Shown here piece by piece: positions 31,671 through 42,151 of a stretch of 64,000 nucleotides of DNA (within the stretch, counting starts at the first letter, position 1; the number at the start of each line of letters is the position of its first letter). The notes under the pieces were generated by a model that had not been told where the DNA came from, made no database searches, and saw only the letters and a program-made list of their open reading frames with translations. The stretch is from assembly GCA_963725665.1 (NCBI GenBank), contig CAVRZA010000008.1:197330-261329 (forward strand), given 5' to 3'. The DNA is from an uncultured Actinomycetes bacterium (GTDB taxonomy: Bacteria; Actinomycetota; Thermoleophilia; UBA2241). The position numbers and the translations under genes are program-made.

Positions 31671-32291
31671 CTAGGGGTGTGCGCTCCCGGGGCTCGCGCC
31701 CACGCCTCCCGACGGGCCCCCGCCCCGGCGCGCGCGCGTCTCGCGCACGCCACGCGCGAAATAGGCCGCACCGGTGGCCAAGTAGAGCGCGGCGCCGACG
31801 CAGAAGGTGACCCAGCCGACCAGGCGTAGGTCGAGGATGAACCACTCGATGGCACAGATGAGGACGAAGTTGGCGAGCTTGCCGAGCCGCTCGATCTCGA
31901 GCGGCGGCTCGCCCTTCTGGTGCCAGATCACCGCCGCCCCGATGAGGAGCAGGGCGTCGCGGACGATGAGCGGTACGACAGCCCACCAGGGCAGTGTCCC
32001 CGTCAACAACAGCGTGCTCAGGATGACGATGTAGAAGGTGCGATCGACGAGCGGATCGACGATCCGTCCGAAGCGGCTCGTGGCGCCGAAGCGGCGTGCG
32101 AGCCAGCCGTCGGCGACGTCGGACAGGGCCGCGATCAGAACAACGATCGCGGCCCCCCACGCCGCCCCGGGCGTCTCCGTCACGAAGAGCACCACGAAGA
32201 GCGGCAGCGAGGCCATGCGGCCCAGCGTGACGACGTTGGGCAGCAGGCGCACCACTCCTTGGAGGCTCGAAGAGGGGGCCGCTACGGACAT
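31671..32291 (-). CDS. CDP-alcohol phosphatidyltransferase
   Basis: PNVVTLGR, DVADGWLAR..FGRIVDPLVD. Confidence 0.9.
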   Translation of the reverse strand: MSVAAPSSSLQGVVRLLPNVVTLGRMASLPLFVVLFVTETPGAAWGAAIVVLIAALSDVADGWLARRFGATSRFGRIVDPLVDRTFYIVILSTLLLTGTLPWWAVVPLIVRDALLLIGAAVIWHQKGEPPLEIERLGKLANFVLICAIEWFILDLRLVGWVTFCVGAALYLATGAAYFARGVRETRARRGGGPSGGVGASPGSAHP

Positions 32292-32399
32292 GAAGGAAGT
32301 CTACCAGGAAGGCTCGCCGAGGCCTTTCGGCCCGCGGCCCGCGAAGCCGGCGCACCGGAGCCGGTCGGCGCGCAGCGCGTGCTACAATAGCGCTCCGGT

Positions 32400-32477
32400 C
32401 GGCGTGTGGCGCAGCCTGGTTAGCGCACTAGTCTGGGGGACTAGGGGTCGCCAGTTCAAATCTGGCCACGCCGACCA
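32400..32477 (+). tRNA. tRNA-Pro(GGG)
   Basis: Acceptor CGGCGTG/CACGCCG + ACCA, anticodon arm CTAGT-CTGGGGG-ACTAG, GTTCAAATC T loop; TACAAT -10 at 32383. Confidence 0.97.
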
Positions 32478-32540
32478 TTCTTTCCCCTGCAAAGCGCCTC
32501 TTTCCGCAAATGCCCCCCGACCCCTCGCAAGGCCGTTTTG

Positions 32541-33420
32541 CTAACGTTTTGCCAACGCCAGTTTCGCGACCCGCCCGACGGCCTCGGTCTGGAGGCCCGG
32601 CACGGCGTGCGAATAGATGTCCAACGTGACCGAGATGTTCGCGTGGCCCAGCTGGTCGGCGACCGTCTTCGGGTGCTGCTTCTCCTGAAAGGCGAGCGTC
32701 GCCCACGTATGTCGCAGATCGTGCAGGCGGATCGCCGGCAGCCCCACCTCAGCGACGAGGGCGCGAAAGGCGCTGCCCATCCAGTCGGGCCGAACCGGCA
32801 CACCGAAGCGCGTCTCCCCCTGGGCGTAGGCCGCTTCGTGCGTGAACACGTAGCCGTCGCGATCGCTCCATTCCTTGCCACGCTCGAGCTTCTGCGCCGC
32901 CTGCACCTTCTTCCAGCGATGCAGTTGCGCCACGGTGCCGTCGTCGAGAGCGACGACGCGCCGGCCGCGGGCCGTCTTCGGGGGCGATACGGCCACCTCT
33001 CCCCCAACGATCACCCTGGCCCGTTGCACCGAGGCCGTGCCCGCTTTTAGGTCGAGGTCGCTCCAGCGCAAGCCGCAGACCTCGCCTCGCCGCATCCCGG
33101 TGAGCGCCGCCGTGTACCAGAGGGCGACTTGCATAGGGTCGGCCGGCCGCGTGCGTGTGTAGGAGTACGCCTTGCCCTTGCGCTGGCGCTCCTCGCGCGT
33201 CTACGCTCGCACGCGAGCCCCTCGGCCGCTTCTAGGAAGCGACCAAGCTCGTCCGCGCTCCAGGTGCGCATCTCGGGCCGCTCCGCGTCCAGAGAGGGCG
33301 GGTCGGCATCGTCGGCGACGTTGCGGTAGACGAGGTGCCATCGTGTCGCGTCGCGCAAGGCCCGGTGGATGAGAGCGTGAACGTGGCGCGAGGCGTAGGC
33401 GCCGAGCGGGCCGTTCCCGG
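32541..33420 (-). pseudogene. Tyrosine integrase, N-terminus missing and frameshifted ~33170
   Basis: TGMRRGE, PPKT, LHDLRH, LGHAN, IYSH catalytic set; upstream frame HALIHRALRDA..RNVA..TWSADELGRFL. Confidence 0.9.
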
Positions 33421-33422
33421 CT

Positions 33423-33504
33423 AGAGCCTCCCATACGTAGAGCTGCCTTCTCAGGAGTCTCGTATCACCATGCTTCTACGCCTGTTGTGGCGGTTGTTCA
33501 AGCG
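33423..33504. repeat. 82-bp repeat, copy 1 (copy 2 at 37918-37999)
   Basis: Ungapped alignment, 13 mismatches by manual count, 24-bp identical core CTGCCTTCTCAGGAGTCTCGTATC. Confidence 0.9.
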
Positions 33505-33574
33505 TTGGGCGTGTAGGCAAGGGAGCCTGCGTGCGCTGCTGGTGGCCCGAAGGTAGGTTCAGGCGGAGTTGCGT

Positions 33575-34093
33575 TCAGCCTCGAAACGCCCAGGCGAGCA
33601 CCAGGACGAGGCCGGTCACACCGGCGAGCCGCAACGCGACTCTAGTCAGGACGAGGCCCGCTTGGAGTCGAGCCCGGTTCCGGTCCCACGGATTCTGTGT
33701 CCAGTCGCACGCGCCCTGTGCCGCCGCCCTGTGAGCTGGCAGACCCGCGGCGGTCGGCATGGGGGCAGCCTGGCCCCTCTGGCGGGCGTCGGCCTGCCGC
33801 AGGAACGCTCTCCATGCGGCGTTCGCAGCCTCCGCTGGCGGCCCGCCGGTGTCCGACCTCCCGGTAGAGGTCGCCGACGTCTCTTCCTCTCTCCGGACTG
33901 CCTCTTCTAGCTCGCCGATGTAGCCCGCCAGCCGTACGCGGCAGCGGGCGATGCCTGCTTCTCTGGTGGCTCTCCAGGCGGCGTCCTCGTCGGGGGCGGC
34001 GAGGGAGAGGTGGTTGATCTGTGTCTTCTCGTGGGCGATGAGGCGCTCCAGGCGGGCCTCTTGTCGCTCCTGCGCTGTCGGCATCGCCGGCAT
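33575..34093 (-). CDS. Hypothetical protein divergent from excisionase
   Basis: GAGGGAG RBS before ATG; helical N-terminal half; C-terminal half doubtful. Confidence 0.4.
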   Translation of the reverse strand: MPAMPTAQERQEARLERLIAHEKTQINHLSLAAPDEDAAWRATREAGIARCRVRLAGYIGELEEAVRREEETSATSTGRSDTGGPPAEAANAAWRAFLRQADARQRGQAAPMPTAAGLPAHRAAAQGACDWTQNPWDRNRARLQAGLVLTRVALRLAGVTGLVLVLAWAFRG

Positions 34094-34249
34094 GGTGTCT
34101 CCCTCATTGGCTACGCAAAACTGATGAAAACTAGCGTACCCGACGGTACGCTTGGGCAAGCCCATCATACTACCCACGTCCACTGTTGAGCCGAGGAGAA
34201 GCAAGACCAGAAGAGAGGGCGGGAATCACCGCCGCTAGAGGAGCTTGAG

Positions 34250-34429
34250 TTGGCCGAAGGCGATACCCTGCTGACACCGGAAGAGGTGGCCGAGCGGCTG
34301 TCTATTTCCGTCTACACGGTCAAGGACTGGCTACGCGCCGGGCGGATAAAGGGGGTCAAGGTCTCGCCGCGTCTGTGGCGCATCAAGGAGACCGACCTAC
34401 AGGCGTTCATCGACTCCTTGGACGACTAG
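34250..34429 (+). CDS. Excisionase-type HTH protein (59 aa, absent from ORF track)
   Basis: GAGGAG RBS, TTG start; LLTPEEVAERLSISVYTVKDWLRAGRIKGVKV..WRIKETDLQAFI. Confidence 0.9.
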   Translation: MAEGDTLLTPEEVAERLSISVYTVKDWLRAGRIKGVKVSPRLWRIKETDLQAFIDSLDD

Positions 34430-34448
34430 GAGATGAGACGGCTCATGC

Positions 34449-34511
34449 CGCTAGGGAGTGACACCGGGGGCCGATTGCGCTGGCGCTGACGAGCCGGTGG
34501 TCAGTCGCGCC
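34449..34511 (-). repeat. Dispersed ~45-60 bp repeat, inverted copy
   Basis: Reverse complement matches GGCGCGAYTGTCTACCCGCTCGTCAGCGCCRGCGTAGCCGGCCC family. Confidence 0.75.
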
Positions 34512-34776
34512 TTTGCTCCCTCAGGGGAGCCGGCGCGGTGGAGTGGTCAGCAGCCAGGCCGCGCCGGCCGACTGCACCGTAACGGCCGTGCGGCGCGTCG
34601 TGAAGACCGCTGGGGCGTCAGTCGGGTTGACGTTGGGAAGGAGCCGCGTCGTCTACCTGTCGTCGTCGTCTCAGTCGCATTCGCATTGTCGCTCGTTGGC
34701 TGCGGCACGAGGCAGAGCAACGCCGAGCCGATAGTGCCAGTGCAGGGGAACACCGAGCCAGCTTCGGCAGCGCCGG

Positions 34777-35238
34777 TTAAAGGTCCTTAGGGTCGGGAAG
34801 CGCCTCCGTGAGAACCGCCAGGAGGACGCCCGCAGAGTCGTTGTGGTCATCTTCCCGCGCGATCTCCACCGAACACTCCAGCGGCTCCTTGCGGCGACGA
34901 AGCGCCGCCGAGTACCGCGCTGCGTCCTTCTTGCGGAGGTAGCCGATCCGCTCGCCGCTCACCCAGACCCCGACGGCGTTCTTGTCGTAGGGGTTGTCGG
35001 GCTGCGGGATTAACCATGCCCTCCGCTGCCCGGTGCCGACGCGCTTGAGGGCGTCCTGGCAGTACACCTCACCGGTGATGGCGGTCCTCCTGTCGGTGAG
35101 CTGGTTCCACCGCTTGTCTGACCGAGGCGTCTCCTCGGCTATCTCGAGAATCAGACGTCGATGGCCCTCGATGGCAGCGTCTGGATTGTAGACGGGTAGG
35201 GAGAGCGGCAGCTCGCGCCTACGCGAAAACAGTCCCAC
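34777..35238 (-). CDS. HIRAN domain protein
   Basis: LIPQPDNPYDKNAVGVWVSGERIGYL; GGAGGGG RBS before GTG. Confidence 0.82.
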   Translation of the reverse strand: MGLFSRRRELPLSLPVYNPDAAIEGHRRLILEIAEETPRSDKRWNQLTDRRTAITGEVYCQDALKRVGTGQRRAWLIPQPDNPYDKNAVGVWVSGERIGYLRKKDAARYSAALRRRKEPLECSVEIAREDDHNDSAGVLLAVLTEALPDPKDL

Positions 35239-35499
35239 GATCCCCCTCCGGTTGGCGGGGACCGACGATTGATGGGACGTTGAGTGCCCTCCCACGTGTC
35301 CGAGATTCGCGTTGTGACAGGCCCCCGCCTCGTACGAGTCTGCGCTCAGAGGAGTGGTCCGACAAGGCAGTCTGGAGGGGAAGGGTAGCCTGCAGTGTCA
35401 ACGGGCGGTCAGTTCAAGGCTGGCAGCACGGCAAGGCTGCGTCTGCGAGGTCTGCGAGAGGCGAGGTCGACGAGGAGTAGGACGAGGGAGTGAGGTATC

Positions 35500-35543
35500 G
35501 GCGCGACTGTCTACCCGCTCGTCAGCGCCAGCGTAGCCGGCCC
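35500..35543 (+). repeat. Dispersed ~45-60 bp repeat
   Basis: Nearly identical to 42093-42136. Confidence 0.85.
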
Positions 35544-35684
35544 TCGCGGTAACGGGCCTCTGTGCGAGGCGAACGGCCCGGACCGGCCACCGGGTGTCCG
35601 GGCCGCTGCTCCTGACGCGGTCGCGGGTGTGGATGGGGCAACAGGCGGCGGCATGTGTCCGCCGCCCCTGAGGCCGCACCTCCG

Positions 35685-36704
35685 TTAGTAGACGATGAGC
35701 GTGTTGGAGCCCGGCGTGACCTGATTGTTGCCGGCTCTGTCCTTGGCGTAGACGAAGAAGCGATAGGTCGCCTTTGGCAGCGTGCAGTGGAAGTAGCACT
35801 GGTGGGGCCCGACCAAATTCACAAAGTACCGGTACGACTTGACTACGACTTTGGTCTTCCAGAACGCGAGGGTTCTGACCTCGATCTGCACGTTGCCACT
35901 TTCGCCGTTGGGCACGGCGTGCCGCCCCCGCTATCGGGACGGGGGCGGCGCTGCGAGGGGTATCCCAGGATGCGAGCCTTGTCTCTGTCAGTCAGGCCTC
36001 CCAAGGTCGAGGCCAACGGGCGCATGGCCCGAGTAGCGCAACCACGTACCCACGACGAGCGCGGCCAGTGCGACCAGGATCAGCCTGCGTCTCGTCGCCG
36101 CGGTCATCGGATCAGTACGGGATGGTCGTCACGTGGATGGTCCCGGCTACGCTCTTGCCGGCGACACTTTGCGGAGCCGCCTCATCGAGGTAGAAGCTCA
36201 GCCGGACGACCGCCACACTGTCGGGGATAGAACGGCGCCCCGTTGCTGGCACCGGTCGTGATGAAGTCCTGTAGTGAGCCGCTGTTGTCGAACGTGCTGC
36301 CGCTGGACGGGAAGTGGTTCATCACCCAGGACATCGGGTTGTCGGGCGCGCTTCATGAGATGCGGTACTTGACGTTGCTCAGGACGTCGGCGTCCGGGGT
36401 GCCTGTCGGCACTAACTTCACACTCATCTTCACGGGCGCCGTCGTGCCCGCCGGTGCCGTCAGCTTCACCCAGTTGTTGGCCGGCCAGGCGAACTCCCAC
36501 TCGCCACTGTCACCGGGGTTGGGTGGGTTGACCGCAACGGGCATGAGATTGTCGCAGGTGATGGACGTGTGGAATGAGATTGTCGCAGGTGATGGACGTG
36601 TGGCCCGTCTGATAGGTGACTACCAGAGAGGCAGGCGCTTGCGCCGTAGAACCCTGGAAGGGCAACGGCACGTCGCCCAACCAGGCGACTTCATCCAGCT
36701 TCAC
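35685..36704 (-). pseudogene. Fragments of secreted/surface protein gene(s)
   Basis: C-terminal beta domain YRFFVYAKDRAGNNQ..SNTLIV; upstream beta-rich frame broken by a stop and a tandem duplication. Confidence 0.5.
36543..36603. repeat. Tandem duplication, 31-bp period
   Basis: ATGAGATTGTCGCAGGTGATGGACGTGTGG twice, separated by 1 nt. Confidence 0.95.
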
Positions 36705-36831
36705 TAGTTGGCGCCCGACCGCCTCAATACACCCAGGCCGGACTCGCAGGGCGTCTCACAGACCTGATGCTCAGCAGACACGTCGACCATCTGCTGGTTT
36801 CTTCGTTTGACAGTATTCGGTGGGCGACAGA

Positions 36832-37790
36832 CTACCGCACGAATCTCACGTACGACTCCAACTGCGAGTTCTTTGCAGCAATCGTCGATGAGTCCGGCGA
36901 GAGCGTCCTTGTCGTATTCGACTCGGAGTTAACCAGACTGCTCTTCACGTCGAAGTAAGCTTCAAGAAACTCCCTCAGTCGGTCTTTGTAGGGGCAACAG
37001 GCCGTCGGGCTAGTCGTGGGGAGCCCGCGAACTCGCATATTCACGCACCCGCCATCGCATACGGGAAGAAAAAAGCACTCCCTGCATTCCGCGCGCTCGA
37101 ACGGGTCCGAATCCATCATGTATCGCATGAACAATCCGCGATTCCAGGGTCTGTCGTCCGCCAAACTGCCAATAACCATGCCCGAGTCGCTTGCATCCTG
37201 CAGGCACTTGTAGAGCTCGCCTTCGGGGCCGACAACCCAACTGCTGTTTTGCGTGGCCATGCAGCCAAGCGTCAGGCCAGGATACGTGAGTCCGTCAGCA
37301 ATGCCATAGTCGCGAAAGAGGCCAAGATGAAAGTCGCAACACTCGAGCCTGCTGAGCTGAGCCTCGGTCTCTGACGATCCCTGAGGTGGGAGCACCATGC
37401 CAGTGCTCACCACGAGCCGCTCTTCCCCGAAGCTTCGCTTGAGTTCGCTGTGGAGAGCTGGATACGCATCAGCGTTGGTTGCGTCGATGTTGACCCGCAC
37501 GTGAACAGTTCCATGCCAATGCTCAAACAGGTGGCCGATGTTGGCCATAATGACTGCGAATGTGCCGCCACCACACCTGAGCCTCCTGCGCTTGTCGTGT
37601 ACCTCCTGTGGACCATCGATTGTGACTTGGACAGCGACCACGCCCAATTGCTCCAGCTCGCGGCTCACTCGTTCACTAAGCAAGTAGCCGTTTGTTGTGA
37701 GGGTGGCACGTAGCGGCAGTCCAAGGTTCTTCAGCTTCTGGGTCAGCCTTCTCATTGTCGCGAAGCGGATCAGCGGCTCGCCGCCGAAAG
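36832..37790 (-). pseudogene. Radical SAM/SPASM protein lacking N-terminal CxxxCxxC
   Basis: FGGEPL, TTNGYLL, VTIDG..HDKRR, GELYKC, CRECFFLPVCDGGC; lower GC. Confidence 0.85.
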
Positions 37791-37917
37791 TCGCTCTCTG
37801 TCCTCCGCGTGTCTCCCGAGGCGGTCGGCCCCAGTAAGCACGAAGACCGGCCTGCGGGCCGGTCTCACCAGTGGCTCCCCGCCGGTATTGGTGGCCGCAA
37901 CGTGCCGCCGGCGGATC

Positions 37918-37999
37918 AGAGCCTCCCGTACGAAGCACTGCCTTCTCAGGAGTCTCGTATCTCCTTGCTTGTACGCCGGAGGGGGCGTTAGTTCAAGCG
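37918..37999. repeat. 82-bp repeat, copy 2
   Basis: Matches 33423-33504. Confidence 0.9.
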
Positions 38000-38324
38000 G
38001 TTGGAGGAGCGGGACGGGGACGCACCGAGCTGGTCGATGCGGTCGGCGCGGCCCGAGCCGTTGTCCACGTTGGCGACGCCAATATCGAGACCGCAGCGCT
38101 CCTCGTCGGCAAACGCTTGACGACTTAGTGGAGACGGGTGTAGACCGCCTGCGGGCCGAGCCGGCCACTAGACTCTAGCGTCCCGTCAGCGCGTGCAGGA
38201 AGGCCGTAGGAGCTCACGACTGCGGGACACGGAGGAGGTGTCTCGCATGTTCTACTGCAGCGGTTCCAGCCGCAGTGCGTTACCAGGACCGCACCTTCGG
38301 CCCCAAGCCGACTCCTCCTCCACC

Positions 38325-39933
38325 ATGAGACGTCTGAGCCCTCTCGCGCTCCTCCTCGCGCTGGTCCTGCTCGTCTTCCTGGCGGCGGCCGACGCCGCCC
38401 TGGCGCTGCCCGGCTGGTCTGTCATGGCCGCCCCCCTGGGGAAGAGCGTACGCCCGAACGCGACCGGGGCTTTCGGCGACAGCGGCGTCGTCGTGGCCGG
38501 TCAAGGAGGGACTGTCGCCGTGAGCAGCGACGGTGGCAGGACCTGGACCGACATCTCGGCCGCAGCGCTCACCTCGTCGGCCCTCAGGGGCGTCGCGTTC
38601 AGCGACGCCAAGCACGGCGTGGTCGTGGGCGACAAGACGACGATCCTCATCGGCGCCCCAGACGACCGGGGCGTGTTCGGCTGGACGGCCCCCGCCCTTC
38701 GCGACGAGGTGACGGCCGACCTGCGCGACGTGGCCCTGCAAGGCACGGTGGGCTACGCCGTCGGCACGGGAGGGCTGGTGCTGCAGACGGTCGACGGCGG
38801 CAAGACGTGGCGGCGCGAGCGCGTTGCGAGCCGGGCCAACCTGAACGCAGTCGCCATGTCGGCCGACGGCCAGATCGTGGCCGTCGTCGGAGATCAGGGC
38901 ACGGTGCTGACCAAGGAGGAGGGGAGCTGGAAGGCTGCCGAGACGAGCACCTCAGCCGATCTCCTCGACGTCGCCCTTCCCGCCGACTCGGCCCTCAACG
39001 TCGTCTATTGCTGCTCGAGCAAACGCGTCTTCTCCCTGCGGGGGGCAGGACCTCTCAAGCTTCTCGCCGTGCAACCGTCCCTCCGCGCAGGCGGCGCCAT
39101 CCACGCCCTTGCCCTGGTCGAGAGCCCCCGCAAGACCAGGCTCGTCGTCGGCGGCACGGGCGGCTGGCTCGCCGGTCTTGTCACCGGGGGGTCCGCCTGG
39201 GCAAAGCAGACGGGTGGCGCCGCGTCGACCGTGACCTCGTTGGTGGCTGCGGGCAATGGGGTCGGCTACGCCACCACCGCTGGCGGCCGCATCGAACGGA
39301 CCCTGAGCGGCGGGGCCAGGTTCACGCTGGCCCTGAAGACAAAGCCGAGCGTGAAGAACGCTGACTACAAGGCCATCATCACGACCGGCGCGAGCGTCGC
39401 ACTGAGCGGCAGCACGACGATCCTGGCTTCCGGAGTGCTGCTCCTCCAGGCACTGCCTGTCGGAGAGACGGCGTGGCAGACCGTCGCGTACGGCGACGCG
39501 GGAGCGACGACGCTGAGGGACAGTGAAACTCCCGGCAGGAACACCTCCTACCGCTTGCGCTTCACCTTCGCTGGCGCGACGGCGGCGACCGCGACCAAGG
39601 TGGCCGGTCGGCGTAAGGCACAAGGTCTCCGTCTCCACCACCAGCTATCGTCTCCCTCTGCACGGGGTCTTCAGAGTGAGGGGGTCCGTGGCGCCGACCG
39701 CACCGGCAGGGCGCTCCGTCGAGGTGTGGACCGACCGCGTCGGCGAGCGCAGGCTCGGCGCCTGGCACCGCATCCACGTCGGCTGGCGGGTGCTCCTCAC
39801 CGATGGACGCACCTTCGTCACGCGCACGTTCGGTACGCCCGTGCGCGAGACCTACCACCTCAAGATCCGCATGGCCGGCGACGGCCAACACCTGGTGGGC
39901 TGGAGCCCCCGGATCACGGTAACGGTGCGCTAG
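38325..39933 (+). CDS. Secreted YCF48/BNR-like beta-propeller protein, frameshift ~39600
   Basis: Signal peptide; SDGGRTW and TVDGGKTW Asp-box repeats; C-terminal beta domain in ORF 39523-39933. Confidence 0.75.
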
Positions 39934-40158
39934 AAGTACGTCCGACCGCCTCGCCAGCAGCGACCCGCGATACTGCTGGCTCGTCGCCTGCCGAGACGGG
40001 GCAGCAAGAACGTGCGGCGGTCCTTAGGACGACAAATGGCGGCAGGCAGTGGACCACGCAGCTCTCGCAAGCTCCCGGCACTCTCGGCGGTGTCGCCGCA
40101 GAACGACACCGCCCGGTCTTGACCACCGCCTACGTGCGGCGGCCGTCTCTGCTCTTGT

Positions 40159-40722
40159 TCAGGTAGCGCTGCACAGCGGGTCTTCGGGGTGCTGTGCGCA
40201 GTAGGTCGCCGACGCGAGCGCGCCGGGCCGCCGGCGACGGCGAGCCAGTGCCCACGCGGCGATGACGACGATGAGCGCGGCCGCGGCCGAGCCGGCAACG
40301 ATCCAGGTGGTCGTGGAAGACGTGCCCGACGAGGCAGGGGCCTGCGCGGCCGCAATCGTGCCGCTCCCTGCGACGGTGTTCGACACGTTGTTGAAGTGGT
40401 GCCGGTGCAGGATCAGGGCCTGCGCGGCCGCCTCGCGTAACGCGGTCGCCACGCTCGTGGACGACCCGCCGGGGACGTAGTTGGCGCCCCAGGCCCACCC
40501 GGTCGGCAGCTGCGCGGTCGCCACACGGGGCGCGTACGGCCCGATGCCCTGATGCTGTTGGACCTGAGCCAGCGTCGGCAGCTGCAGGGTGTTGAACGTG
40601 CTCGTGCCCGACCCCGTCCCCTGTGCAGCCTGCGCGGCCTGGACGCCCAGCGAGACCACGAGCAGCGACAACAGGAGCACGCCCGAAAAACGCACGAGCC
40701 GTTTCTGTGCTGAAGTGTGCAT
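40159..40722 (-). CDS. Secreted, C-terminally anchored hypothetical protein
   Basis: RBS GGAGG; signal peptide AQA; C-terminal TM + RRRRR. Confidence 0.7.
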   Translation of the reverse strand: MHTSAQKRLVRFSGVLLLSLLVVSLGVQAAQAAQGTGSGTSTFNTLQLPTLAQVQQHQGIGPYAPRVATAQLPTGWAWGANYVPGGSSTSVATALREAAAQALILHRHHFNNVSNTVAGSGTIAAAQAPASSGTSSTTTWIVAGSAAAALIVVIAAWALARRRRRPGALASATYCAQHPEDPLCSAT

Positions 40723-41009
40723 ATCCTCACCTCCCGGAAGCCGACGCTGCCGTCGCGGCAGGGCCAGCGACCCCTTTGAGACGGGAAACCCGACCAACAG
40801 GGGTTTCTGGCCCCCGATAGGCCCCAGATAAACCCTATCTCCGCAGGGTTAACATTTCGGTGACCGACCTCGCCCGTGCCAACTCATCGTCAGCCCTTGC
40901 AGCTTGACCGGGGCGTGCCCTACGGTCGCACCTGACCGGACGATCTGTGCGTGTGGGCGAAGTCTCGGCTCAGCACTCAGCATGGCCGGCGGGCGTGGAG
41001 GCAGCAGGC

Positions 41010-41054
41010 GCGCGACTGTCTACCCCAGCGTCCTCGCCGGCGTAGCCGGCCCCC
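41010..41054 (+). repeat. Dispersed ~45-60 bp repeat, diverged copy
   Basis: GCGCGACTGTCTACCC...CGCCGGCGTAGCCGGCCCC. Confidence 0.75.
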
Positions 41055-41230
41055 ATCGGGTAGCGTGAGCCGACGCGCTGGCGGGTTTCGGGGTGACAAT
41101 GCGTCTGCCAACATTCTGCCAACGTACCGTTGGCAATCAGGCGGTTTCGGCTGGACTGCCGTTTCGCAACTTGCCTGCAAATCGGCACCTACTGAAATCA
41201 GCTAGCACCGCTTCGGCGCCTTGTCCTGGC

Positions 41231-41277
41231 CTGGGGGACTAGGGGTCGCCAGTTCAAATCTGGCCACGCCGACCATT
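41231..41277 (+). repeat. att copy 1 (tRNA-Pro 3' half, exact)
   Basis: Identical to 32433-32479. Confidence 0.95.
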
Positions 41278-41417
41278 TCTTACCTGCAAAACGCCCCCTA
41301 TTCGCAGTCTGACGTTTCGGCCTGAGAGGGCGCTGGAAGCAACGCAGGCGGTTCGCGGTTGACGTTGCGGGGCAATAGTGACGCCGAGGGTTGCCAGCCA
41401 CTGCCAAGGAAGGACCG

Positions 41418-41603
41418 GTGCACCTCGCCTGGTTCTACTGGATCTTGATCCTCATTCTCGCGCTGGTGTTCGCGTGGATCTGCGCCGCGATAGCCGACAG
41501 CAAGAAGCGCAGCGGCCTGGGCTTGGGCATCTTGGGCTTCTTCGCCTTCATCATCATCTTCATCATCACATTCAACGTCATCCTTGCCCTGCCCACGAAC
41601 TGA
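41418..41603 (+). CDS. Small two-TM membrane protein
   Basis: AGGA RBS, GTG; hydrophobic..AIADSKKRSG..hydrophobic. Confidence 0.65.
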   Translation: MHLAWFYWILILILALVFAWICAAIADSKKRSGLGLGILGFFAFIIIFIITFNVILALPTN

Positions 41604-41762
41604 GGGTCACGGCCGGCGCGGTGGAGTCTTCAGCGACAAGGCCCGGCCGTAGCCTAGCGCCCCGCCAGCGCCCGCAAAAGGCCATCAGAGGACGCTGCGG
41701 GTTGACGTTGCCAGAACCGTATACTAGGTTATCGCGGTCAGGCCCTTGGTACGGGAGCCATC

Positions 41763-42053
41763 GTGGATTCGACGTGGATGAGCCTTCTGCTCCCCATCCT
41801 CATCATCGTGGATCTGCTCCTGTTCGCCCTCGTCGTTCTGCTCCGGTATAGGGCTGCCGTTCGCCGCTACGACCGACGCCCGACGGTGAGCGCCGTCCCT
41901 TTGCCGCCAGCCGAGGGGCGGGACGACAAGACGGCTGCCGGGCAGTGGTCCTGGAGTGACGCCTCCCGCGCTTCGCAGGCCTACTGGAGACAAGGCCTCC
42001 CGCGCCGCCACCGGTCCCGACTCTTCCGCCGACACCGCCACCGGGCGGCCTAA
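41763..42053 (+). CDS. Small single-TM protein
   Basis: GGGAG RBS; N-terminal hydrophobic helix. Confidence 0.5.
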   Translation: MDSTWMSLLLPILIIVDLLLFALVVLLRYRAAVRRYDRRPTVSAVPLPPAEGRDDKTAAGQWSWSDASRASQAYWRQGLPRRHRSRLFRRHRHRAA

Positions 42054-42092
42054 CCGGTCCCCGTCTCCTCGCCACGAAACGGCGGGTACGGG

Positions 42093-42151
42093 GGCGCGAT
42101 TGTCTACCCGCTCGTCAGCGCCGGCGTAGCCGGCCCCGTCTCACCCTAGCG
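42093..42151 (+). repeat. Dispersed ~45-60 bp repeat
   Basis: Matches 35500, 41010 and (inverted) 34449 copies. Confidence 0.85.

Larger units (their letters stand above)
32433..41277. mobile_element. Decayed integrative element at tRNA-Pro
   Basis: 47-bp direct repeat of tRNA 3' half (32433-32479 / 41231-41277), integrase, excisionase, arm-like repeats at both ends. Confidence 0.85.

Noticed and set aside
32541-33420. Integron integrase IntI
   Set aside because: Looks like a phage/ICE-type integrase next to a tRNA with an excisionase; no IntI-specific features recognised.
34480-34515. Hammerhead ribozyme suggested by CTGACGAG in the four-copy repeat
   Set aside because: No GAAA core after the putative stem II in any copy, and the motif is lost in the 41010 copy.
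36543-36603. CRISPR array from the 30-bp direct repeat
   Set aside because: Only two copies with a 1-nt gap, no spacer, no cas genes; a simple tandem duplication.
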